Source: an uncultured virus (IMG/VR IMGVR_UViG_3300020379_000594) (taxonomy: Duplodnaviria > Heunggongvirae > Uroviricota > Caudoviricetes). From it: a DNA stretch of 64,000 nt. The stretch is taken from IMG/VR virus record IMGVR_UViG_3300020379_000594; one strand, 5' to 3'. Of the stretch, positions 52,088-61,348 are shown one piece after another. How positions within the stretch are numbered: position 1 is the first letter of the stretch; each line of letters begins with the position of its first letter. Made by a program: the position numbers and the translations under genes. Below the pieces are notes generated by a model, which searched no databases, was not told where the DNA came from, and saw only the letters and a list, made by a program, of their open reading frames with translations.

Positions 52088-53226
52088 TGTTAACTGAGAG
52101 TGAAGCTGCATATGCAGCAGATAAATTCATTGATTACTTTTCTAATACAGGAAGGATCGATGAATATCTTCGTAATGTAAAACTAGACAGAATATCAGAA
52201 CAACCCTCTGATCTATCAGCTTTCTTTGATGGTGGTGGTGGTGCGACTGAGGATGATCTCTTCAGTAAGTTTGATATGCACCCTTCTGATATGAAGATTA
52301 AGATCTACAGTGCTGGAGAGTATGGTGGATTGACCAATGAGTTCTTCAATGAGAGATTGCAGATTACAATGTCTCATGCTTTTGAGAGTTCTATTCCAGG
52401 CAAATCACTCAAGTGGATTGTCAAAGAAGAGAACACAGGAAAGGTTATTGGATTCATAAGGTTCGGTTCTCCTACCATCAATTCCAAACCAAGGAATGAT
52501 TGGTTGGGTGATGTACCAGATTTGGGTCGGTTTAATCGCCATGCAATCATGGGTTTCATCATTGTACCTACTCAACCTTTTGGTTTTAACTACCTCGGTG
52601 GTAAACTCTTAGCGATGTTGTGTTGTTCACATCAAGCAAGAGAAGAACTTAACGCAAAATACAATACAGATATTTGTTTGTTTGAAACTACATCATTGTA
52701 TGGATCTACTAAATCCTCATCACAGTATGATGGACTTAAACCATACATGAGATACAAGGGTCTAACTGTGAGTGACTTTACTCCACTACTGCATGACTCT
52801 ATCTTCCAAGATTTAAACAAATGGTTTACAGCAAGGAATAATAATAAATGTTTAGTGAAGGAAGATGCCTCTAGTAGAAAACTAAAGATCCAGACAAAGA
52901 TGATTTCTGTTATCAAAAAGTCCTTACAGGATAGAGATAAACTAGAATCATTCAACACTGCGATCAAATCTGCCAAGGATCTGACTGAACAGAAACGTTT
53001 CTATATGTCTACCTATGGTTTCAAGAATGCTCGAGAAGTTATCTTGGGAGAGCAAGATACTTTGGTTAAAGCTGAAAACTATGATAGGTTCTCTGTTGAT
53101 CAGATTGTTTCTTGGTGGAGAAAGAAAGCTTCTCGTCGCTACGAAGCGCTCAGAGAAGACGGAAGACTAAGAACCAAGTTGGAAACTTGGAACAAAAACC
53201 CTGACGATATTGATATTATACGATGA
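52084..53226 (+). CDS. DUF4338 / DruA-like protein
   Basis: IPG..L...V.....GKVIG.I..GS......R..W.G; P.QPFG.NYLGGKLLA..C.S; TTSLYG..SSQY. Confidence 0.55.
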   Translation: MMLTESEAAYAADKFIDYFSNTGRIDEYLRNVKLDRISEQPSDLSAFFDGGGGATEDDLFSKFDMHPSDMKIKIYSAGEYGGLTNEFFNERLQITMSHAFESSIPGKSLKWIVKEENTGKVIGFIRFGSPTINSKPRNDWLGDVPDLGRFNRHAIMGFIIVPTQPFGFNYLGGKLLAMLCCSHQAREELNAKYNTDICLFETTSLYGSTKSSSQYDGLKPYMRYKGLTVSDFTPLLHDSIFQDLNKWFTARNNNKCLVKEDASSRKLKIQTKMISVIKKSLQDRDKLESFNTAIKSAKDLTEQKRFYMSTYGFKNAREVILGEQDTLVKAENYDRFSVDQIVSWWRKKASRRYEALREDGRLRTKLETWNKNPDDIDIIR

Positions 53227-53606
53227 AAGAACTCAAAGACTGGTTGAACTCCATAAACCTCACCAAAGAGGATCTTACGGAGGATGATCCCGAAGCGATC
53301 AAGAAGTATCCACCGTTTATTGTTAACAAATGTATGTCCGCACACATTGATTGTGTCATGTTTGCTAATGAAATGAACATGAATCACCACATATCAAAGG
53401 ATCTTCAATATCACTTTTATCTAAATAGTCTCAGGAAGAAGAAGAGATTCTCTCCTTGGCTCCGCAAAGATAAGATCAAAGATCTTGACGTTGTGAAACA
53501 ATACTATGGTTATAGTAATGATAAAGCAATCCAAGCATTGAAAGTCTTAACCAAAGAGCAGTTGAATTTTATTAAAAAACGCATTGACGTTGGAGGTACA
53601 GGATGA
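53223..53606 (+). CDS. gp62: Clamp loader subunit gp62
   Basis: Y.PF.VN..MS...D....ANEMN, KKKRFSPW, YYGYS..KA. Confidence 0.9.
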   Translation: MKELKDWLNSINLTKEDLTEDDPEAIKKYPPFIVNKCMSAHIDCVMFANEMNMNHHISKDLQYHFYLNSLRKKKRFSPWLRKDKIKDLDVVKQYYGYSNDKAIQALKVLTKEQLNFIKKRIDVGGTG

Positions 53607-54064
53607 GTGGGTTTACCGAACCTGAGATTGCTTGGTCACAAGATCAGATGATCGAAGTCACACTTAACGAACCAGATGATTTCTTGAAGGTTAGAGAAAC
53701 TCTGACGAGAATCGGTGTCGCTTCACGCAAAGAAAAAAAGATTTATCAATCGTGCCATATTCTGCACAAGCAAGGTAGATATTATATTGTACATTTCAAA
53801 GAACTGTTTGCATTGGATGGAAAGTCCGCTAATCTTTCTATGAATGATGTGCAACGTAGGAATAGAATCATCACTCTGTTATCAGATTGGGGATTGATTA
53901 CTATTCTTAGACCAGAACAAATTGTGGATGTTGCTCCTCTGAATCAGATCAAAGTTCTATCTTATAAGGATAAAGGAGACTGGACTTTAGAGACTAAGTA
54001 CAATATAGGTAAGAAGAAAAAGGTAGTACAATCGTCACAAAGCACGTTTGTCAAGGCAGACTGA
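53603..54064 (+). CDS. regA: Translational repressor RegA
   Basis: PDDFLKVRETLTRIGVAS, QSCHILHKQGRYYIVHFKELF. Confidence 0.95.
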   Translation: MSGFTEPEIAWSQDQMIEVTLNEPDDFLKVRETLTRIGVASRKEKKIYQSCHILHKQGRYYIVHFKELFALDGKSANLSMNDVQRRNRIITLLSDWGLITILRPEQIVDVAPLNQIKVLSYKDKGDWTLETKYNIGKKKKVVQSSQSTFVKAD

Positions 54065-54084
54065 CGGTTATCACTATGATCTCT

Positions 54085-54110
54085 GAGGGTTTACACGACC
54101 CTCTTTTTTT
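54085..54110 (+). terminator. Rho-independent terminator after regA
   Basis: GAGGGT-TTACACG-ACCCTC plus T7. Confidence 0.75.
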
Positions 54111-54177
54111 ATGCTCGTTGTATAATTAGTAATGTCGCCGTAAGGGACACAACTAAACTCGCTTTAAAAGGAGAAAC

Positions 54178-54609
54178 ATGACAAACATTCAAAGATATCA
54201 TACTCAGGATCTGGGAACACTAGTTGACAAGATCATGAAGAATAGCGTTGGTATGGACGATTACTTCAACCAGTTCTTCGATTTTGATTCCACTACTAAT
54301 TACCCACCTTATAATCTTGTACAGATTAACAATGTAGATTCTAGACTAGAGATTGCACTTGCTGGATTCAGTAAGGATGAGGTTAAAGTCTACACAGAGT
54401 ACGGAAAGATTATTGTAGAGGGTAAGAAAGAGAAAACCGAAGAAGAATCTGAGTACCTACACAGAGGTTTGGCTCAGAGATCTTTCCAGAGAGCCTGGGC
54501 ATTGTCAGAAGACATTACAGTTAAGGATGTAAAATTTGCAGATGGACTTCTCACAATTAAACTGGGCAAAATAGTACCAGAGCATCATGCTCGAAAAGAC
54601 TTTCTATAA
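54178..54609 (+). CDS. hsp20: Small heat-shock protein
   Basis: NYPPYN, LEIALAGF, YLHRGLAQRSF, DGLL.I. Confidence 0.93.
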   Translation: MTNIQRYHTQDLGTLVDKIMKNSVGMDDYFNQFFDFDSTTNYPPYNLVQINNVDSRLEIALAGFSKDEVKVYTEYGKIIVEGKKEKTEEESEYLHRGLAQRSFQRAWALSEDITVKDVKFADGLLTIKLGKIVPEHHARKDFL

Positions 54610-54633
54610 ATATAATTTAGTTCGAGATGGATC

Positions 54634-54663
54634 GAGGCCTCTGCCATGCAGGGGTCTTTTTTT
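54634..54663 (+). terminator. Rho-independent terminator after hsp20
   Basis: GAGGCCTCTGC-CAT-GCAGGGGTCTT plus T-run. Confidence 0.7.
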
Positions 54664-54697
54664 GTGTTATAATATGAGTATATTTTGGGAGTAATCC

Positions 54698-55390
54698 GTG
54701 AAAAAGTTCATTGCTACATGTATTGGTCTTGCATTGAGCGCCCCTGTACTAGCACATTCATTACCCAAACCCATCGAAAGTAAAATCACTAAAGGATGGT
54801 ACACTAATGATGCAATGGGATGTATGATGCTACGAGAATGTACTGAGGGTGTCCAAGAAGTATTCTCCATTGCAGATATTTCTGATAATTATAATAGGAA
54901 TTTTGATCATGTGTCTAGGGAATTCCATGAGATGTTGGTGGCACTTAATTATGTCGGAGTAAAAGTTTATCTGGGAGATGAAAAATATTTTCCTGTAGGA
55001 AATCGTGGAGTATATCACACAGTTGGTAATAATTTCTTTTTGAACAAAGCATACATGGGTCGCCCTTCTGCACTCATGAGTGTGATGCGACATGAAGGAT
55101 GGCACGCTGCACAAGATTGTATGGCAGGGACTATCGATAATAGTATGATTGCTATTATCATGGATGAAGATAAGGTTCCTCAGATCTGGCAAGACATTGC
55201 CACTAGAACTTATGCTGCAAGTCCAAAAGCAATTCCTTGGGAGAAAGAAGCATTTTGGGCAGGGAAAACTGAGGGTATGACAATGAGAGCATTGAAAGCA
55301 TGTGCTAATGGTAACATGTGGGAAGTCTACCCACCCACACCTATGACTAAGGAATGGTTACAAAAAAATGGATTTATGAAAGGGGGTTGA
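54698..55390 (+). CDS. Secreted HExxH metalloprotease-like protein
   Basis: Signal-peptide-like N-terminus, RHEGWHAAQDC, downstream E.EA; extended -10 TGtTATAAT at 54665-54673. Confidence 0.6.
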   Translation: MKKFIATCIGLALSAPVLAHSLPKPIESKITKGWYTNDAMGCMMLRECTEGVQEVFSIADISDNYNRNFDHVSREFHEMLVALNYVGVKVYLGDEKYFPVGNRGVYHTVGNNFFLNKAYMGRPSALMSVMRHEGWHAAQDCMAGTIDNSMIAIIMDEDKVPQIWQDIATRTYAASPKAIPWEKEAFWAGKTEGMTMRALKACANGNMWEVYPPTPMTKEWLQKNGFMKGG

Positions 55391-55415
55391 CACCTTACAC
55401 AGATCCTACTATAAT
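55387..55415 (+). promoter_or_regulatory. Consensus sigma70 promoter driving the ncRNA/tRNA
   Basis: TTGACA-17 nt-TATAAT, perfect consensus. Confidence 0.85.
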
Positions 55416-55441
55416 AACTTTGTAAGGTTGATCACCTTACT

Positions 55442-55612
55442 GGGAGTGACTGAATAAACTTACTGGCATATAGCTGGTTAAGGTGATGAGACAGGGGTGG
55501 TGCCCGCTGCTGGGAACAGTAGAACTACAAACCAAGTAGGTCTCATGCAGAGGAGTAATTCTAAACTGTAGAAATGCCCTCCTCTTGTTGGTACACAGGA
55601 ACCCAACCTCCC
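55442..55612 (+). ncRNA. Structured ncRNA, probably the manA RNA motif
   Basis: Closing GGGAG/CTCCC; helices ACTGGC/GCTGGT, GAGAC/GTCTC, CTGCTG-GGAA-CAGTAG, AGAGGAG/CTCCTCT, GTTGG/CCAAC. Resembles the cyanophage manA motif from memory; not searched. Confidence 0.7.
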
Positions 55613-55667
55613 CCCTTTTTTTCAAGACCTAAGATGCAACTCTTGAGTGGGGCAGATGGTCTTTCAT

Positions 55668-55738
55668 GCGGATGTCGTATAAAAGTATTACGACAGGTTT
55701 CCAACTTGTAGACGGTGGTGCAATACCATCCATCCGCT
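55668..55738 (+). tRNA. tRNA-Gly(TCC), no encoded CCA
   Basis: Acceptor GCGGATG/CATCCGC, anticodon arm ACAGG-TTTCCAA-CTTGT, T arm GGTGG-TGCAATA-CCATC, U73. Confidence 0.85.
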
Positions 55739-55760
55739 TTGCAAACTATATACTGGTGCA

Positions 55761-56096
55761 ATGACCGTCAAACTAGTTCTACTAAAATCTAATGAAGAAG
55801 TCATCGCAGATGTAAAAGAACTTGTAGATGAGAATGAAAAACCCATCTTCATCGTTCTTGAAAATGCCTACTGTTGTAAGTTGGTTGAAGCACCTGTGTT
55901 ACTTACAGAAGGACAAGAGGAAGGAGAGACACAATATAGTGTACAATACTATCCTTGGATGCCTTTATCTGATGAGAGAAAGATATCTATTGACCCAAGC
56001 TGGGTTGTTGCGATAGTAGAACCAAAACCTATGGTAAAACAATCCTACGAGACTAAAATTTATGGAACAGGAAGTAAAGATACTAATCCTAGTTAA
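55761..56096 (+). CDS. Conserved cyanophage hypothetical protein
   Basis: KLVLLKSNEEVIADV...PWMPLS. Confidence 0.6.
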   Translation: MTVKLVLLKSNEEVIADVKELVDENEKPIFIVLENAYCCKLVEAPVLLTEGQEEGETQYSVQYYPWMPLSDERKISIDPSWVVAIVEPKPMVKQSYETKIYGTGSKDTNPS

Positions 56097-56322
56097 TGGC
56101 GACGTTCTTATCTCAGGAATAGAGGAAGTAGCCGCTGTTGATATCGGAGATCCAAACTGCAAACTTGTATCACCTTATGCACTTGATGGTGATGATATGT
56201 CACCTTGGTTAAAGAAAGTGACAGATGACGTTGAAATTATGATATGTTCTGATAAAATAGTAACATTGGTGGAACCACACCGAGAACTCATTGATTCTTA
56301 CTTGAAACTGGCAACCGCATGA
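56062..56322 (+). CDS. Conserved cyanophage hypothetical protein
   Basis: 86 aa, coupled to gp43. Confidence 0.6.
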   Translation: MEQEVKILILVNGDVLISGIEEVAAVDIGDPNCKLVSPYALDGDDMSPWLKKVTDDVEIMICSDKIVTLVEPHRELIDSYLKLATA

Positions 56323-58823
56323 AATTCTACACTAATGTTTTCCAGATCGGCAACAGTATGCTGGTTAGAGGATATGACAATGGAAAGCATTTTAGTGACA
56401 GGGAGGAGTTTCATCCTACCTTTTATGTGCCTACAAAGAAAAGAAGTAAGTGGAAGACTCTTGACGGTCAACCTGTAGAACCAATCAAACCTGGCACAAT
56501 CAAGGATTGTAGGGAGTTTATTGATAAGTATTCACAGGTAAAAAACTTCAATGTATATGGTAATGAGAGGTATGTGCATCAATATATCTCTGATAATTAC
56601 CCAGAGAATGAGATCAAGTTTGATCTGAGCAAAATTAATCTAGTAACTATTGACATCGAGGTTGCCGCAGAGAGTGGATTCCCCGATGTCTTTAATTGTG
56701 CAGAAGAATTACTTCTAATCACGGTACAAGATTACAATACTAAAAGAATTACTACCTTTGGATCGCGTCCATATAAGACCAATCCAAACAGAAAGAACTA
56801 CTCTTACATTGACTGCCATAACGAGGAAGGTCTGATCTATACATTCCTAGAGTGGTGGCAGAAACACACGCCTGAGGTCATTACAGGGTGGAACTGTGAA
56901 CTGTATGATATCCCTTACCTTGTAGGTAGGGTAGAACGTCTTATGGGTGAGAAGATGGCCAAGAAGTTCTCTCCTTGGGGCATTGTAAGAAAGAATGAAA
57001 TCACAATAATGGGTCGGGCAAACATTGTCTTTGATCTTGCAGGCATATCTGTAATTGATTACTTGGATCTATACAAAAAATCCCCTGCAACTTCAAACCA
57101 AGAGAGTTTCAAATTGGATCATATTGCTATGATGGAACTCGGTCAACAGAAGTTGGATCACAGTGAGTTTGACACATTCCGTGAGTTCTATACAAAGAAC
57201 TGGCAGAAGTTTGTAGATTACAACATCGTTGACGTGGAACTGGTTGACCGTCTTGAGGATAAACTCAAGTTGATTGATCTATGTTGCACTCGTGCCTATG
57301 ACGCAAAGATCAACTTCACTGATGTTGCGTTTCAAGTTCGCACATGGGATGCGATTATCTACAACTATCTCAAAAAGAAAAACATTGTGATCCCACAGAA
57401 GGATCGTAACAAGAAAGATGAGAAGTATGCTGGTGCGTATGTGAAAGAACCTAAGCCTGGTAAGTATGACTGGGTGGTATCTTTTGACTTGAACTCACTG
57501 TATCCGCATTTGATTATGCAATACAACATCTCCCCAGAAACACTACAGGAAAAGAAACATCCTAGTGCCACGGTGGATAAACTTCTCAATCAAGAGATTA
57601 CTTTTGAGATGTACAAGGACTATGCAGTTTGTGCCAATGGTGCAATGTTTAGTAAGGACAAGAAAGGTTTTCTACCTGAGTTGATGGAGAAGATGTATAA
57701 CGAACGTGTCATCTTCAAAAAGAGGATGATCAAAGCAAAAAAAGCCTATGAAAAAACCCCTACTAAAGAACTTGAAAAGGAGATTGCGAGATGCAACAAC
57801 GTCCAAATGTCCAAGAAGATTGCCCTCAATAGTGCTTATGGTGCTATTGGTAATCAATATTTTCGCTATTACAAACTTGCGAACGCGGAGGCCATCACCT
57901 TATCTGGACAGGTATCAATCCGATGGATTGAGAATAAAATAAACCAGAAGATGAATACTATTTTAAAAACAAAAGATATCGATTATGTTATTGCTAGTGA
58001 TACTGATTCTATTTACTTGCACATGGGTCCTTTGGTTGACCGTGTATACGAAGGGAGAGAGGCGGCTACTGAAAGCATTGTGTCGTTCCTTAACAAGGTG
58101 TGTGAAAAACAACTTGAGCCTTATATTGAAAGTTCTTACGAAGAATTGGCAGAGTACGTCAACGCCTACGATCAAAAGATGATCATGAAGCGGGAGAATA
58201 TCGCTGATCGTGGTATTTGGACTGCAAAGAAAAGATATATTCTTAACGTATGGGATAGTGAGGGTGTAAGATATGAACAGGCAAAACTTAAGATCATGGG
58301 TATTGAAGCAATCAAAACTTCTACCCCTGCACCATGTCGTAAGTTCTTGAAAGATGCCTTTAAACTTTTGATGTCTGGTACAGAAGATGAAGTGATTGAT
58401 TATATTGAACAGTGTAGGGAGGAGTTCAAATCATTATCGCCAGAGGAAGTTGCATTTCCTCGTAGTCTATCTAATGTGGAGAAATGGAAGTCATCCACAG
58501 ACATGTATCATAAGGGATGTCCTATTCATGTTCGTGGTGCAATCTTATATAATCACTACACAAAGAAGAAAGAGTTGACCAATAAATATGCTGCTATTCA
58601 AAACGGTGAGAAGATCAAGTTCTGCTACCTAAAGACACCTAATTGGATGCACGAAAATGTTATATCTTTCATTCAAGATTTCCCTACGGAACTTGACCTA
58701 GATAAACATATTGACTACGAACTACAGTTCAATAAGTCGTTTATGGAACCTGTAAAGGTTATCCTTGATTGCATTGGTTGGGAGACCGAACGCAAGAACA
58801 CACTTGAATCATTCTTCGCATGA
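56319..58823 (+). CDS. gp43: Family B DNA polymerase gp43
   Basis: DIE exonuclease motif, SFDLNSLYP, K...NSAYG, DTDS; no intron or intein seen. Confidence 0.97.
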   Translation: MKFYTNVFQIGNSMLVRGYDNGKHFSDREEFHPTFYVPTKKRSKWKTLDGQPVEPIKPGTIKDCREFIDKYSQVKNFNVYGNERYVHQYISDNYPENEIKFDLSKINLVTIDIEVAAESGFPDVFNCAEELLLITVQDYNTKRITTFGSRPYKTNPNRKNYSYIDCHNEEGLIYTFLEWWQKHTPEVITGWNCELYDIPYLVGRVERLMGEKMAKKFSPWGIVRKNEITIMGRANIVFDLAGISVIDYLDLYKKSPATSNQESFKLDHIAMMELGQQKLDHSEFDTFREFYTKNWQKFVDYNIVDVELVDRLEDKLKLIDLCCTRAYDAKINFTDVAFQVRTWDAIIYNYLKKKNIVIPQKDRNKKDEKYAGAYVKEPKPGKYDWVVSFDLNSLYPHLIMQYNISPETLQEKKHPSATVDKLLNQEITFEMYKDYAVCANGAMFSKDKKGFLPELMEKMYNERVIFKKRMIKAKKAYEKTPTKELEKEIARCNNVQMSKKIALNSAYGAIGNQYFRYYKLANAEAITLSGQVSIRWIENKINQKMNTILKTKDIDYVIASDTDSIYLHMGPLVDRVYEGREAATESIVSFLNKVCEKQLEPYIESSYEELAEYVNAYDQKMIMKRENIADRGIWTAKKRYILNVWDSEGVRYEQAKLKIMGIEAIKTSTPAPCRKFLKDAFKLLMSGTEDEVIDYIEQCREEFKSLSPEEVAFPRSLSNVEKWKSSTDMYHKGCPIHVRGAILYNHYTKKKELTNKYAAIQNGEKIKFCYLKTPNWMHENVISFIQDFPTELDLDKHIDYELQFNKSFMEPVKVILDCIGWETERKNTLESFFA

Positions 58824-58984
58824 CAAAATACATAGTATGCTGGTCTGATGATGGACTATTTTCTGATAGACAGATGAAAGTCTTTGAATCAAGAGATCCA
58901 GCAAATTGGTTTGCACAAAGTATACAAAAGCAGTATAATGATGTTAAAGTATACTTAGCTAGAAAAGGAGAGTTTGATGACTAA
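58820..58984 (+). CDS. Small hypothetical protein (54 aa, absent from the ORF track)
   Basis: ATGA overlap with the gp43 stop; MTKYIVCWSDDG... Confidence 0.5.
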   Translation: MTKYIVCWSDDGLFSDRQMKVFESRDPANWFAQSIQKQYNDVKVYLARKGEFDD

Positions 58985-59441
58985 GAAGAGAATACTTACT
59001 CTAGTCACAGGCGGTTTTGATCCTCTTCATAGTGGCCACATTGCTTACTTCGAGCAAGCAAAAGATCTTACAAATTACCTAGTAGTGGGGTTGAACACGG
59101 AAGAATGGTTGACTAAGAAGAAAGGACAATACTTCATGTCATGGAAAGAACGTGCAGAGATCATTCGTCACTTGGATGTAGTTGATGCCGTGATTACAGT
59201 AGAGGATGATGAACATGGTTCCGCCTGTCATGCAATCGAAAGATGTTTAGAGATCGCACAAACTGTTGTCTTTGCCAATGGAGGTGACCGTGGTAAAGGT
59301 AATACACCAGAGATGGATAAGTTTGGTGATGATCCTAGAGTAGAGATGGAGTTTGGTGTGGGTGGAACGGATAAGAAAAATAGTAGTTCATGGTTGCTCC
59401 ATAACTACTTTGAAAGACAAAGAAAAATAGTGGGGATCTAA
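58977..59441 (+). CDS. Cytidylyltransferase-family protein
   Basis: TGGFDPLHSGH, VGLN, FANGGDR, KKNSSS. Confidence 0.85.
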   Translation: MTKKRILTLVTGGFDPLHSGHIAYFEQAKDLTNYLVVGLNTEEWLTKKKGQYFMSWKERAEIIRHLDVVDAVITVEDDEHGSACHAIERCLEIAQTVVFANGGDRGKGNTPEMDKFGDDPRVEMEFGVGGTDKKNSSSWLLHNYFERQRKIVGI

Positions 59442-59524
59442 TGAACAACATAGGATTAGAAGTTGTATTCTGGACAATATTGTCAGTATATCTTCTTGCT
59501 AAATTTGGAGTCTTTAAGAAATGA
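59441..59524 (+). CDS. 27-aa hydrophobic peptide
   Basis: TAATG and ATGA coupled at both ends; MNNIGLEVVFWTILSVYLLAKFGVFKK. Confidence 0.45.
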   Translation: MNNIGLEVVFWTILSVYLLAKFGVFKK

Positions 59525-59679
59525 ATTGTTGGCATTGCAATACTGAACTAATATGGGGTTCAGACTTTGACGCTGAAGATTACCATTGTGAAGATGAGTA
59601 TTCTATAGTGACTAATCTTTCATGCCCTAAGTGTGAATCATTCGTTCAAGTGTTTTATCCAAACAAACATGACAAGTGA
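59521..59679 (+). CDS. Small zinc-ribbon protein (52 aa)
   Basis: MNCWHC...LSCPKC. Confidence 0.55.
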   Translation: MNCWHCNTELIWGSDFDAEDYHCEDEYSIVTNLSCPKCESFVQVFYPNKHDK

Positions 59680-60331
59680 AGTATCATGGGAAGCGTTTCA
59701 ATTACCTAACCTTCCGATATATAAAACTAAACTTAGTGAAGATTGGATGTCTTATCTTTGGTCTGTTGTAAAACAGGCGGAGAAAGATAATGTCAATAAT
59801 AGTAACGATTACAGTTACAGACTTGCTGGTAATATAACTGGCAGTTTGGGATTGAAAGACCCTGATAACAAATTCAGAGATCAAGTTGTAGGTCCTCTAA
59901 CACAAAGGTTGATAGATGAAGACCCAAAGCATTACTTTCCTCCCATAGATATTGACCCAAAGTTGGATCACAAACTTACAACAGAGTTCAGATTAAATTG
60001 GTGGGTAAACTATCAATATCAAACTGAGTTCAATCCCGAACACGGTCATACAGGCATCACATCATTTGTGATCTGGATGAAGATCCCAACAGATTATGTG
60101 GAACAACACAATCTGCCATTTCATTCAAAAGCCGCATCAGACTTTCAGTTTACCTATACTGATGTTCTAGGAAACACTATTGAGTTTCCTATCTTCATGA
60201 GTCCAGAAATGGAAGGTGCTATGATGTTATTCCCATCTAATCTACATCATCAAGTGTATCCATTTTATAACACAGATGAACCAAGAATATCAATCGCTGG
60301 TAATTTATTGTGGTCTGTGGTAGAATTATAA
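59669..60331 (+). CDS. Putative 2OG-Fe(II) oxygenase (HxH type)
   Basis: WVNYQ...FNPEHGH...SFVIW, LFPS.LHHQVYP, RISIAGN. Confidence 0.75.
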   Translation: MTSEVSWEAFQLPNLPIYKTKLSEDWMSYLWSVVKQAEKDNVNNSNDYSYRLAGNITGSLGLKDPDNKFRDQVVGPLTQRLIDEDPKHYFPPIDIDPKLDHKLTTEFRLNWWVNYQYQTEFNPEHGHTGITSFVIWMKIPTDYVEQHNLPFHSKAASDFQFTYTDVLGNTIEFPIFMSPEMEGAMMLFPSNLHHQVYPFYNTDEPRISIAGNLLWSVVEL

Positions 60332-60346
60332 CAGAAGTAAATCATT

Positions 60347-61348
60347 ATGGATTTTTTAAAAGAAATTGTAAAAGAGATTGGAGATGAGTACACCCAACTT
60401 GCCTCCGAGGCAGAATCGACTGAAGAATTTATTGACACAGGTTCGTACATTTTTAACGGACTCGTATCAGGTAGTATATTTGGTGGTGTATCTAGGAACA
60501 AGATTACTGCTATTGCTGGGGAGTCTTCTACTGGAAAAACTTTCTTCAGCCTCGCTGTCGTTAAAAATTTCCTTGACAATAACCCTGATGGGTATTGTTT
60601 ATATTTTGACACTGAAGCTGCTGTCAATAGGGGACTACTTGAGTCTAGAGGAATTGATCTCCAAAGGCTCGTTGTTGTCAATGTGGTAACGATTGAAGAG
60701 TTTAGATCAAAGGCACTCAAAGCAGTAGATATATACCTTAAGACAGATGAAGAGAATCGCAAACCATGTATGTTTGTATTGGATTCTCTAGGCATGCTTT
60801 CTACTGAGAAAGAGATTCGTGATGCGTTAGATGATAAACAAGTAAGAGATATGACTAAATCTCAACTTGTCAAAGGTGCATTTAGAATGTTGACTCTTAA
60901 ACTTGGTCAAGCAAACATTCCACTAATCGTTACCAATCATACCTATGATGTTATCGGATCATACGTTCCCACCAAAGAGATGGGCGGAGGCAGCGGCCTC
61001 AAGTATGCGGCAAGCACAATCATTTATCTCAGAAAAGCTAAGGAAAAGGAAGGAACGGAAGTCGTTGGAAATATTATTAAAGCTAAGACACACAAGTCGC
61101 GTCTGAGTAAAGAAAACAAGGAAGTATCCATAAGGTTATACTATGATGAACGTGGTTTGGATAGATATTATGGACTACTCGAACTAGGAGAACTTGGCGG
61201 ACTCTGGAAAAATGTTGCTGGAAGATACGAAATCGACGGCAAGAAAGTCTACGCAAAGAAAATACTGGCTTCCCCCGAAGAATATTTTACTGACGAAGTT
61301 ATGGCAAAGTTGGAGGAGATTGCAGGGGAGACGTTCAGCTATGGATAA
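60347..61348 (+). CDS. uvsX: RecA-like recombinase UvsX
   Basis: GESSTGKT, FDTE, LDSLGML, GGG.G..YAAS. Confidence 0.93.
   Translation: MDFLKEIVKEIGDEYTQLASEAESTEEFIDTGSYIFNGLVSGSIFGGVSRNKITAIAGESSTGKTFFSLAVVKNFLDNNPDGYCLYFDTEAAVNRGLLESRGIDLQRLVVVNVVTIEEFRSKALKAVDIYLKTDEENRKPCMFVLDSLGMLSTEKEIRDALDDKQVRDMTKSQLVKGAFRMLTLKLGQANIPLIVTNHTYDVIGSYVPTKEMGGGSGLKYAASTIIYLRKAKEKEGTEVVGNIIKAKTHKSRLSKENKEVSIRLYYDERGLDRYYGLLELGELGGLWKNVAGRYEIDGKKVYAKKILASPEEYFTDEVMAKLEEIAGETFSYG

Noticed and set aside
56319..58823. Intron or intein in the polymerase (also checked gp17, gp41, gp20 and gp23)
   Set aside because: ORFs are continuous, of normal length and without intein or homing-endonuclease motifs
60265..60795. 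176-aa minus-strand ORF, and similar shadow ORFs at 27617, 28080, 31785 and 43201
   Set aside because: Antisense shadows of conserved core genes caused by codon bias
61194..61340. Long N-terminal extensions in the ORF track (61194, 61802, 59633, 47034, 35873, 34229)
   Set aside because: They overlap upstream genes or a terminator; downstream ATGs, mostly coupled to the upstream stop, are more plausible
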